Assembly (NCBI GenBank): GCA_964019335.1
Contig: OZ025704.1
Location: 450,622-514,621, forward strand
Reading direction: 5' to 3'
DNA: 64,000 nt
Origin: Diplonema japonicum
Taxonomy: Eukaryota; Protista; Euglenozoa: Diplonemea
Below the pieces are notes generated by a model. The model searched no databases, was not told where the DNA came from, and saw nothing but the letters and a program-made list of their open reading frames with translations. A program made the translations under genes and the position numbers. Position 1 is the first letter of the stretch. Every line of letters begins with the position of its first letter. This document shows, piece by piece, positions 35,480 through 44,706 of the stretch.

Positions 35480-37846
35480 ATGGAAGGCATTACGAAGGAA
35501 GCTATGCATGCTTTGGCCAGGGCGCTCATTAGCAGCGAGGCAGTAAATTACCCTGACGGATCCACACCCCTGCAATTGGCCACATCAGTGCTTTTAGCAA
35601 ATGTGACCTTTGACGGCAAGGCGGTGTTGTCCCCCCCTCTTGTAGAGGTTAGGAGGTGTGTGGAGCCTGTACCTCGGCAGCCTGCAGCACCAGCACCCAA
35701 ACGAAGGCGCCCCAACGGGCAGTACGAAGCCAGCAATGAGGTGGCTGCCGTGCTTCATCGACGAAAACTACTGCAACACGAATGGGATGAGCGGCAGATT
35801 GTTCTAGAGGACGAAAAGGTCGAATGGTCAACGCTTCAGGCGGGGTGCACTCTCATTGCAAACAACATTGAGACTATGCTGGTGTTGCAAGGCACCCTGC
35901 AAGAACCGTTGTCATTCCCTTCTCCACCGCCCAGCCCGCCCAGTAGAGGATCATCCTTTGCGGAACGTAACCGAGAATATAAGCACCCGGTACCGCCTGA
36001 GGAAAATCTAAACATAGGAGTGGTGCGCCTGATGCATGACTTGGATAAGAAGGAGAAGGCTGCAACAGCAAGACGCAAAGCAAGAATCAAGTGGAGATCC
36101 AAAAGGCCAGTGCACCTTCAGGAGTTTGATGATAGGAACCTCCGGCGGAAGATCCAGTGCGACAGGCGAGTGCAGCTCCGCAGGCTACTGCTGCGTGGGA
36201 AGCAATACGAAACATACACAGATATGAATCCGATGGATGATGGCCTGCACGTGCTGTTTCATTCGGCCATCGAAGGGCATGTTGACAGCTTCAAGAAGTT
36301 TACCCTTGTCAACGAGAGTTTGGATCCAATGCTCCTGTTGACAGATAAGTTTGGGAGAACGCCTTTGCATTTTGCTGCTTACCATGGACAGTTGTGCGTT
36401 GTGCATTTCTGTACAATGAATTTAAATATCCACAAAATACAGCCGACGAGTCGTGGGCACACTGTACTGCACTACGCGGTTTTGGGAGGGCGTCTTGATG
36501 TGGTTACAATGATTTTCAAGAGCGCTTCAGGCCATTGCAGAACAGTATATGAACTGTCAGCAGCTACAAAAGAGGGTCTTCGGGCCATTGACATTTCTCG
36601 TAACATGCAGTACGGACACATCTTTCACTACTTGAAGCAGTTGGAGGGACAGCACACCATAAGCAAAATGGCTGAGTTGGTGAAGGTGAAGAAGACAAAG
36701 GAGGTAGAACGTGATGTGATACGTGCAATGAGGTTGGCAGAGATAGAGATACAGGAAGCTCTTCAGAAAGCAATGGAAGAAGGGGAGCGAGAGAAGAGAG
36801 AGGCCGCGCTCCGAGATGAAGAAGAGCGGTTAGAACGAGAAAAGATGGCTGAGATGGAGGCGCTGCTGGCGGAGGAAGAGGCAATTGCAATTGCGAAGTT
36901 AGAGCAGATGAGGCAAAAGAGAGAACAGTATTTCGAAGAAAGGAACATACGTTTACATGAGTTTCGCCTTGCTAGGGAGCTCATCGAGGAAACACTGATG
37001 AGCGAGGAGGACATCCTAAGCAGTGAAAAGCCTGTTGTACAATTGTCAAGAACGAAAGTGGAACCAACGCAACAAGAGCGGGCATATTATGGACTATCTG
37101 TGTGCGACGGTCAGCGGGTTCGGGGGTATGGAAATATTCAGTATGACCACCTGCTAGTAATGATGACGAAAGGACCTGCAACAGCTGCCGGCATCAAGTC
37201 AGGAGAGAGCATTGTCGCGATCAATGGAAAACAAGCAAGCCTTACGAGGTTTAGAGAAGCATGTAGTTCAGCAGGCTGCTTACATCTGATTCTAAAAGAT
37301 AAGCAATCGAAGAAGAGAGATGTGATTGTGGAGCCTTGTATGGAACTCGAACGCTGCGAGAGTAATAGCAGATATACAAACTATACCGTCACGAAGGTTC
37401 CCCCGTACGTAGCTGGATTCAAGAGTGCGAAACAGTTTGCAGCCGTGAGCGCAGGCCCATGCGTCGAGGGAAGGGAAGATGTGCACTCATCAGTCCGGAT
37501 AATATTACGTAGTGATGCTAAGGTTGTGTGCATCTCTGGCTTCCAGCTGTACGGCCCTGGTGGGCGACGCGTCATGCATGCCAGCCTGTCCAATCCTCGC
37601 ATTGCTGCAAAGTTTCAAAAGGAAGAGGACGTGTCCCAAGCGTCGCCTATGGTGATAGAAGTTCAGCTTGTGAAGCCGATTGTAATAACATCATTCCGCC
37701 TCAAAACAGCAGCATGTGATAGAGCCACTGACCCCACTGAATGCATGTTACAAGGGCGTTTAAAGACAGAGTGGCACACGCTCTGTGAGCACCCATTGCT
37801 GCTACCAACAGCAAGGAAGACATGGGGTGTCATCACCGATTCTTAG
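35480..37846 (+). CDS. Ankyrin-repeat + coiled-coil + PDZ-like protein
   Basis: DKFGRTPLHFAAYHG and GHTVLHYAVLGG (ankyrin). GPATAAGIKSGESIVAING (PDZ). Confidence 0.85.
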   Translation: MEGITKEAMHALARALISSEAVNYPDGSTPLQLATSVLLANVTFDGKAVLSPPLVEVRRCVEPVPRQPAAPAPKRRRPNGQYEASNEVAAVLHRRKLLQHEWDERQIVLEDEKVEWSTLQAGCTLIANNIETMLVLQGTLQEPLSFPSPPPSPPSRGSSFAERNREYKHPVPPEENLNIGVVRLMHDLDKKEKAATARRKARIKWRSKRPVHLQEFDDRNLRRKIQCDRRVQLRRLLLRGKQYETYTDMNPMDDGLHVLFHSAIEGHVDSFKKFTLVNESLDPMLLLTDKFGRTPLHFAAYHGQLCVVHFCTMNLNIHKIQPTSRGHTVLHYAVLGGRLDVVTMIFKSASGHCRTVYELSAATKEGLRAIDISRNMQYGHIFHYLKQLEGQHTISKMAELVKVKKTKEVERDVIRAMRLAEIEIQEALQKAMEEGEREKREAALRDEEERLEREKMAEMEALLAEEEAIAIAKLEQMRQKREQYFEERNIRLHEFRLARELIEETLMSEEDILSSEKPVVQLSRTKVEPTQQERAYYGLSVCDGQRVRGYGNIQYDHLLVMMTKGPATAAGIKSGESIVAINGKQASLTRFREACSSAGCLHLILKDKQSKKRDVIVEPCMELERCESNSRYTNYTVTKVPPYVAGFKSAKQFAAVSAGPCVEGREDVHSSVRIILRSDAKVVCISGFQLYGPGGRRVMHASLSNPRIAAKFQKEEDVSQASPMVIEVQLVKPIVITSFRLKTAACDRATDPTECMLQGRLKTEWHTLCEHPLLLPTARKTWGVITDS

Positions 37847-37939
37847 TACGTATTTACCCCTTGTGTCCAAGGCGGTGTTTATGGCTTCTCATTCAGCATC
37901 CAGTCACTGACAGGTTAATTCAAGCAACAAAAAATACAA

Positions 37940-38878
37940 ATGAGGATCACTATTAAGTATCCTGAAGCCGGTACTGAAGGGACCATTGAAGAGCACGATG
38001 AGCTTCTGGGGAAGAACTCCACTGTCCTTGATTTGAAGGGTCTCATCAAGCTATGGACAGGTGAAAGCATTATGAAGCAGGTGCTTCTCATGGATGACAA
38101 TGTGTGCGAAGACAGGGACACTTTACAGAGCCTTGGCATCAGCACTCAGGAAGATGCAGAGCAAAAGCCGTTTTCCCTAATTCTTGAGGAGGAAGAGGAG
38201 GCTGCTATGGCTGAGGGTGAATACACTCATGAGGCATTCATCAGGGCCAACACTGCACTTGGAAAGGGTGTTGCTGTGACGCCTGATACCGAGCACGAGG
38301 AGCAGAAGAGGAGAGAAATAACGCAGAGAGCGATTGAAAAGACGCGAAAAGAAAAGGAGCACCCCCGTGTCAGGCCCATGAAGCTCAACACCCACTCCCC
38401 CGAGATGTCGACAGAGGATAAGTCGGATGTATACGCAATCTACTTGGACTCCAAGTACGGCATGCGTGTCAAGGGCATGGACCAGAAACTGATGATAACC
38501 GTCGGTGCTGAGGACTATGAATACTGGGACCTGAGGCTTCCTGAGACACTTTCCGTCAGGACGGAGTGCAACAGGGCCACGGAGGTTGTGCTCGACGTCT
38601 TCTACTTCGGCGAGATCAAGAAGGTCGTTTCACAAGAAGCTTTCAGGCAAAAGGTGAAGGACAAGCTCGAAGGCTTGGGCATCAAAACGAGCTTTCTGAG
38701 CTACCCCCTCCGCGACGCAGGGTGCATGTACCCCCTCATCGCCATGCCTTTCGTCGTGTCCCACAGTGACGCTGAGAAGTTGGGCCATTCTGTATTTGAG
38801 CACTTTGGTAGACCGATGACCCCACCCTCCCAACGCCCTTTGAACAGCGGTGCAGGTGGTGGCTGTGGGTCGCAGTAG
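37940..38878 (+). CDS. Protein with an N-terminal ubiquitin-like domain
   Basis: MRITIK...STVLDLKGLI...QVLL...DRDTLQSLGI fits the ubiquitin fold. Confidence 0.7.
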   Translation: MRITIKYPEAGTEGTIEEHDELLGKNSTVLDLKGLIKLWTGESIMKQVLLMDDNVCEDRDTLQSLGISTQEDAEQKPFSLILEEEEEAAMAEGEYTHEAFIRANTALGKGVAVTPDTEHEEQKRREITQRAIEKTRKEKEHPRVRPMKLNTHSPEMSTEDKSDVYAIYLDSKYGMRVKGMDQKLMITVGAEDYEYWDLRLPETLSVRTECNRATEVVLDVFYFGEIKKVVSQEAFRQKVKDKLEGLGIKTSFLSYPLRDAGCMYPLIAMPFVVSHSDAEKLGHSVFEHFGRPMTPPSQRPLNSGAGGGCGSQ

Positions 38879-39054
38879 GACTCGATTCAACAATCCAAAC
38901 CCCTAGTGTTTCTTATTACTTTATTTATCTCCCCTTTCAGCTTTTTGAAGCCCTACAATGTCATGTTAAGTGGCCTATGACAGGGCGTAGCTCACTCTTT
39001 ACGTATCTTTTGAATTCCATCCACATAGTTTCACAGGTGACATAAAAGGAAACA

Positions 39055-41208
39055 ATGCAGGGAAAGGAGGCTCAGAAGCAGATGCTGCTCACTGTCCTTG
39101 ACAAGACAGGCAGGCCACTCAGCGAGGTGGGGCCGGCAATAAAAGCACTGCTGCAAAATACAAGCAAGACTCTTGAAGAAATCTACCCCGCTCTTGAAAA
39201 CTGTGGCTGGGACTTCCAGAAGGCAGAAGCTGTGCTGCTCGCCCCTTCAGAAGAGCAGAGTGTGCAGCATGATTCGATGCGATCGGCATGGGAGCAGGCC
39301 AGCATGGAAAGCACAGCTCCCAAGCCTCCTGTGCAGCATTTGAGCTCGGCGTCCACGTCGTCTTCGCTTCCTGGCGTGCCACCTCCGCCAGTCATGATGA
39401 AGGCTGCTTTACCGCAGCAAATACCGCAGCAGCAAGTAGAAGCTGATTCAAGGTCAGTGCACAGTTTTGTGAGTGAAAGTGAATCTTGCGGTCCTGCACC
39501 TGCTGCACCTGAACCTGAACCTACACTCACAGCCATGCCAGTTTCTGAGACTAGCCAAGCCACTGTACCACCTCCCAGCTTCATGGATGCAGGAAAGGAT
39601 AGCTACCCTGCACCTTCGTTCAAAAGGGTGTCCTCACTTGTCGGGACCCCTGCAGTAACTCCTCTCGCGGCGCACACCTCAACACCAGTTGCTCAAGAGA
39701 AGCGCGCACCTTCCATACCCATGACAACACTTCAAGAAGAGATAAAAGATAAACAACGTGAGATGGTTGTCAGGAAAGCGGGAGTGGAAAATCAGCTACA
39801 CAAGGAGCGCATGGATGGACTAGAGAACGAGCTGCGCCAGCTTAAGGCAGCTAGAGAGGAGCGCGCGAAGCAAGTCGAAGACAGAGAAAAGGAAGGCTCA
39901 CGCATTCAGCACAAGGCAGCTGCTGCTACTATGGAGTGGAAAAAGGCTTTCTCAAGTATCTCACCGCACCTCACCCAAATGAGCGAGAAGGATTTCACAC
40001 CAGAAAGTGTAGGCCGAGCATGGAAGAAGGCAACAGATGCCTCAACAGTTGCTCTTGAGGAGAAGATAAAAACAGAGTTGCAAGAGGACTTGCTGCTGTC
40101 CGAGAAACGTGATCGGGAAGAGGAGCGAAAAGGCTGGGCAAAGCGGCTGGATGCATTGGTTGAGCAGAGGGCTGATGATTTGAAAGATCAAGAGGCTACA
40201 TTCTCAAAGATCTTAGAACAGAAGGGACAGGAACAAACAGCACTTATCCACGTGTTCCACAGTAGGTTGACACAGGTACAGGAGGCTTACGAGGCGAGAC
40301 TTGAGCTTTCCAATGCAGAAACCGAACGGCTGGTCACAGAGCACCTTGTTTCGCCTCCAAGGAGGCACGGCACGCCCGGTTCGATACAGCTCACTCCGAC
40401 ACCCACTACCCAGCTGCGGGAGGGTGCAAGGGGTCCCATCATCTCTCCGATGACAGCAACCAGTACTGCAGGCATGCTGGACTATCTGGACATAGGCGGC
40501 GACCCCCTGGGGTACAGTGATTCAGAAGTGGAGCGTCAGGCTGAAGCTGCAGCACGACACTTAGAAAAGCTTGGGAAGAAAAATATGTCGCCCGCCGACA
40601 AGGCCGCTCGTAAGATGAGGAAAACCCGCAAAAAGGATTCAGCACCCAGCACAGCAGCTTCAACTCCCGCAGGTGCACACATCCCAGCTCCTGCGGCACC
40701 TGTACCCATCGATGTTTTGAGGAAGAATGTTCAAGCATTCGCGGAATCTCCTGTTAAGCAGCATGCCACAATTGCTCCTTTTCCTGTAACCAGTTTGGGC
40801 CTATGCCCCTACTGCCGGTTAGATGTACCTGTGCAAAGCAACTATTGCAACGCGTGTGGGGCATTTATTAGAACTGATACCGTCCCTACCCAGCCCACTG
40901 TGCCGTACTCGCCGTATCAACAATCCCCCTATACGCAAGACACCCAGCAGCCAAACATCGCTGCACCCGGCACTGATAGCAGGTATTCGAAGCGGCACCT
41001 TGAGAAGAAGCTCTGGGATGCGAACAGACAAGAACACAGGCAGTACAATGCCGATAGCTATGCGCGCTTGGATCCCTCGGCCCAAAGGAACGCAACCATT
41101 TTCACGAACGTACCTGGCAAGGGTCGAGAGTCTCCGGTTAAGAGGCGCCCCGGGTCAGACTTTGCCTCGCCCAACACTTTTTATAGCACTGGCTCACCTT
41201 ATTACTAG
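39055..41208 (+). CDS. Protein with UBA-like N-terminus, coiled coil and zinc ribbon
   Basis: ALENCGWDFQKAEAVL (UBA-like). CPYC...YCNACG zinc ribbon. Confidence 0.7.
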   Translation: MQGKEAQKQMLLTVLDKTGRPLSEVGPAIKALLQNTSKTLEEIYPALENCGWDFQKAEAVLLAPSEEQSVQHDSMRSAWEQASMESTAPKPPVQHLSSASTSSSLPGVPPPPVMMKAALPQQIPQQQVEADSRSVHSFVSESESCGPAPAAPEPEPTLTAMPVSETSQATVPPPSFMDAGKDSYPAPSFKRVSSLVGTPAVTPLAAHTSTPVAQEKRAPSIPMTTLQEEIKDKQREMVVRKAGVENQLHKERMDGLENELRQLKAAREERAKQVEDREKEGSRIQHKAAAATMEWKKAFSSISPHLTQMSEKDFTPESVGRAWKKATDASTVALEEKIKTELQEDLLLSEKRDREEERKGWAKRLDALVEQRADDLKDQEATFSKILEQKGQEQTALIHVFHSRLTQVQEAYEARLELSNAETERLVTEHLVSPPRRHGTPGSIQLTPTPTTQLREGARGPIISPMTATSTAGMLDYLDIGGDPLGYSDSEVERQAEAAARHLEKLGKKNMSPADKAARKMRKTRKKDSAPSTAASTPAGAHIPAPAAPVPIDVLRKNVQAFAESPVKQHATIAPFPVTSLGLCPYCRLDVPVQSNYCNACGAFIRTDTVPTQPTVPYSPYQQSPYTQDTQQPNIAAPGTDSRYSKRHLEKKLWDANRQEHRQYNADSYARLDPSAQRNATIFTNVPGKGRESPVKRRPGSDFASPNTFYSTGSPYY

Positions 41209-41283
41209 TATTGTACTTTGTATCTGTGTATTATGTATTGGCCCCCGCACGTCCATCCTTAACGAACAAGTACTTCACAGGTT

Positions 41284-42003
41284 ATGAAATTCATATTATA
41301 TGTAGTAACGTGCCTAACGTGTCTCATCGCAGTAAGGGGTCAAGATGCAACTGCCACAGCAACGCTCACCCTCACACTCAACACAACCACAGAGACGCTG
41401 ACCTCGACACTGGGAACAAGGACAGCGACGATGACCGAGACAGCAAGCATATCAGTGAGTGCTACGAAAGAGGTGACAGAGACGGCTACGCACATGGCAA
41501 CAGGGACAGAGACCATGACTGCATCAGAGACAGTCTCAGTGACGAATATCACGGAAACAGCAACGCTGTCACCGGAGATTGAGTCAAGTAGTAGTAGTGA
41601 TTTTTGGAAGTGGGCCATATTAGTGATCTGCGTAGTGTGCGGACTCCTCGCCATCGGGATTCTGTACCTCATCCTTCTCAAGCGGAGGAAGAACAGGAAA
41701 CAGCGGTACATTGATAATGAGAACAATGAGAGCAACGACATTGAGTCCCCTCAAATGCGCTTCGAGCTCCCTGATTTCACACCCAAGCGGTCATCAATTA
41801 GACAGCAGCAGAGTGTGCTGAGCCCCAATGTCACTGACACAGGTGGCCGTCTTGGGAACTCGGAAAATGTCCTTTGGATAAACCCAGTTGTACCGGAATC
41901 TCCAAATCTCAGTAAAAACCTTGACCAACCACAGACTACTTCCAGGGCTAGCCGCCTTACTTTGCAAGATACATTCGGCAAGAAAAGTCTGCCTGCATCG
42001 TAG
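41284..42003 (+). CDS. Type I membrane protein with a Thr-rich mucin-like ectodomain
   Basis: Signal peptide, TxT repeats, TM followed by KRRKNRK. Confidence 0.8.
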   Translation: MKFILYVVTCLTCLIAVRGQDATATATLTLTLNTTTETLTSTLGTRTATMTETASISVSATKEVTETATHMATGTETMTASETVSVTNITETATLSPEIESSSSSDFWKWAILVICVVCGLLAIGILYLILLKRRKNRKQRYIDNENNESNDIESPQMRFELPDFTPKRSSIRQQQSVLSPNVTDTGGRLGNSENVLWINPVVPESPNLSKNLDQPQTTSRASRLTLQDTFGKKSLPAS

Positions 42004-42129
42004 CAATGTGTTTATACAATATTATAGACTTTATTATTTGTAGCAACTGTACCATGTTATATTGTGTTATTATTCTCTTACTGGTTCACTTTTGTTGGCT
42101 CTCGGATTCTTCAATACAGGTGTTCAAAG

Positions 42130-42627
42130 ATGACTTGGGAGAAACCCAGACCATCGATTCTGCAGCGTCCTTTAAAGCAGGGGAACTATAGCAACCATGA
42201 GAACCTCGAAAGCGAATGGGAAAAAGAGCAGGCCAAGACGCAGGCACGCAGGGACAAGTACGCGACGATCGATGAGAGGCTGCGTCTGGGAAATGGCGGT
42301 GCATCCATTGCTGATAAGCAGAAGCTTGCTGCCTCTGACAGAGAGTTCAAGAAACGCGCTATCGAGGCAAAGTCTCTTTCTGAGAAAATGGCAAAGGAAC
42401 AAGAGAAAGAGGCAACGAAGCACGCCGCTCAAAGGGACCTTGCTCTCTCTGTGAATGAAGAAGACGCAAAGATCCGCAGGCGTGAAGAGCAGCGCAGGGT
42501 TATGCAGGAGAACATGGCACTCGCTGAGGAACGTAAGAAAGCTGCTGCGGAGGCAAAGAGGAGGGAACAAGAGATGGAAAGGAACAACATCCAAATCCTA
42601 GGCCACCAGCAGCGCAGCTTCCGTTAA
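42130..42627 (+). CDS. Small coiled-coil protein (possibly flagellar)
   Basis: ATG after a CAG acceptor. E/K/R/A-rich helix. Confidence 0.7.
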   Translation: MTWEKPRPSILQRPLKQGNYSNHENLESEWEKEQAKTQARRDKYATIDERLRLGNGGASIADKQKLAASDREFKKRAIEAKSLSEKMAKEQEKEATKHAAQRDLALSVNEEDAKIRRREEQRRVMQENMALAEERKKAAAEAKRREQEMERNNIQILGHQQRSFR

Positions 42628-42863
42628 GCTACGCAACGCAGAATGCAGAATAGATTATTATTATAGATTGATTCTCTTTGTTTTCGTGCTTTCTTTTCTT
42701 TTTTTATAAACCCATTTCCCCCCCTTTCCCCTTTTAAGCGGTCTCGTTGCAGGTTCCTTAAAGTCCCTCGTTGTTCAGCTCCCTTTTTTTCTCCAGATAG
42801 ATACCCTTTTTCATTCTGTTTGCCGTGCAGTAGCCAAGTATCATCAGGAATGCAATATACTAC

Positions 42864-44504
42864 ATGAAGGGCAGCACGTTGCTTAAGGGATGGGCGGGTG
42901 TGTCGGTGGCACTCACGCTGATAGCATTCTCAACACTTCTGGGGAGGGGTGACACGGACGTCAGCGTTGATAAGAAGATAGCACAACATAGTGAACCTGG
43001 TCGGTTGGAGGTTAGAGGTGAGGTTGGAGAATCAAAGAGTGAAAAACAAACAGTCATATCCCGTTTAGAGGTACCAGAGTTAGCTGTTGTAGCAGATAAG
43101 AAACCCGAGAAGGCCGAGTACCGTGGGGAACCTGGGAAGTGGACGGGTGAGTGCAAAAATTATCCTGGCTTGGGTGTTAAGTTTCTCAGCCCCACAACAC
43201 GTCCTGTGGCGGCAGTCAGAAGGGAAAAGGACTGGAAACCATGGAAACTACCGCAAGAGATTGAAGATGAACACAATGACGAGGCACGCTTCAAGGTCCC
43301 ACCTGGGTGGACGTCTGTGGCCAGCAAGATGGGGAAACAGTGGTTTCACATCACTAACTTCTGCGTGAAAGACGGGAAGCTGACGCTATTCGACAAGAAA
43401 CAAGATATTAGCGTTCGAAAGAAACGCTTCAATTTGTACAATGAATTCACGCGACACAGGAACAAGCTGTCATACCACATAGAGAGCGTTCCTGACAAGC
43501 TACCGGGACCGCTGGTGGACAACCCAGCATGGATCCTTTCCTTCTGGTGTCAGGATCTGTTCCACTCTACCTTAACATTGATGCCTGCACACGCCATCAA
43601 GAAGTGGAACAACTCCGACATCTATGTCACCCTTTGCAAGCCCAAGTCACCCTGCCACACCAAGCTGGGTTCCCAGATCTCCTGGAACGACAGCTACAAT
43701 CCAATGTGGGGCAACGACAAGCAGTTCTCGTATGCCGGGAACCCCTATTGGAGGATGTACAGAGTCCTCACCGACCAGCCCTGGCGTATAAGGCCATTAG
43801 GAAAGCACCCTTTCTACAATAACAAGTCGAGATGCTACAAAGAGGGATTCATCGACAAGAAATGGTTTATCCAAATCACCCGACAAGAGGCAATAGACTA
43901 CTCCAACCATCATTTAAGCAACTTCGGGATCAAAAGGCAGAAGAGGGAGTGCAAGAAGGAAGGTGGCTACAGGATGACGATGATCAATAGGCAGGGCGCG
44001 ACAAGGAAGCTCGCAAACATACAGGAAGTCTCGGAGGCAGCGATGTGCCATGGGTTCAACGTGACAGTAGTGGCGTTTGAGAAGTTTGATTTAAGGGAGC
44101 AGATTGAGATCGTGGCAAACACTGACCTGCTGCTAGGGATGCACGGCAATGGGCTGATCTGGACTATGTTCCAGGAGATAGGGGCGTATGAGATAGAGAT
44201 CATGGGCTCGTGGTACGAGAGGTACGCACGGTTGTGGGGCAATGGATACAACAACACAAACACCTTCGACAAGTACGGCAAGAAGGGCAACGAGTGGAAA
44301 CCCTTCCAGGCTGATATGAAGCAGGTCGGCTTGGCCCTCGCTCGGGCCAAAGAGCACTTGGACTCCACCTCTTGTGGAAATGTGAAGCTGCCTACTATGT
44401 CCGAAAGCCACAAAACAGTGTGGGAGGTATGCAGCAGAATACGTGTAACCAGCACAGAACATCTTGATTCGCAACCATCCGGAGTTGGCGCTGCCTGCAG
44501 GTGA
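42864..44504 (+). CDS. Glycosyltransferase family 61 (DUF563), type II membrane protein
   Basis: N-terminal signal anchor. INRQGATRKLAN, REQIEIVANTDLLLGMHGNGL, EIEI. Confidence 0.85.
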   Translation: MKGSTLLKGWAGVSVALTLIAFSTLLGRGDTDVSVDKKIAQHSEPGRLEVRGEVGESKSEKQTVISRLEVPELAVVADKKPEKAEYRGEPGKWTGECKNYPGLGVKFLSPTTRPVAAVRREKDWKPWKLPQEIEDEHNDEARFKVPPGWTSVASKMGKQWFHITNFCVKDGKLTLFDKKQDISVRKKRFNLYNEFTRHRNKLSYHIESVPDKLPGPLVDNPAWILSFWCQDLFHSTLTLMPAHAIKKWNNSDIYVTLCKPKSPCHTKLGSQISWNDSYNPMWGNDKQFSYAGNPYWRMYRVLTDQPWRIRPLGKHPFYNNKSRCYKEGFIDKKWFIQITRQEAIDYSNHHLSNFGIKRQKRECKKEGGYRMTMINRQGATRKLANIQEVSEAAMCHGFNVTVVAFEKFDLREQIEIVANTDLLLGMHGNGLIWTMFQEIGAYEIEIMGSWYERYARLWGNGYNNTNTFDKYGKKGNEWKPFQADMKQVGLALARAKEHLDSTSCGNVKLPTMSESHKTVWEVCSRIRVTSTEHLDSQPSGVGAACR

Positions 44505-44706
44505 GCGTGCAGCATATCTGAAGAACAAAGGACACAAGACTGAAGTGACAACTGGCGGCGAGAGCAGTGAAGCTGGAAATGTATGAAAGAACAAATGGTA
44601 TCAACACCTTTCGCAGTCTGAAGCGTCGGAGGACTCGAAGTAATGGTCGTTTAACTTAACCCTATTCGTTCATGGACGTACTTCTTTTTGCGCATATCAA
44701 ACAGGA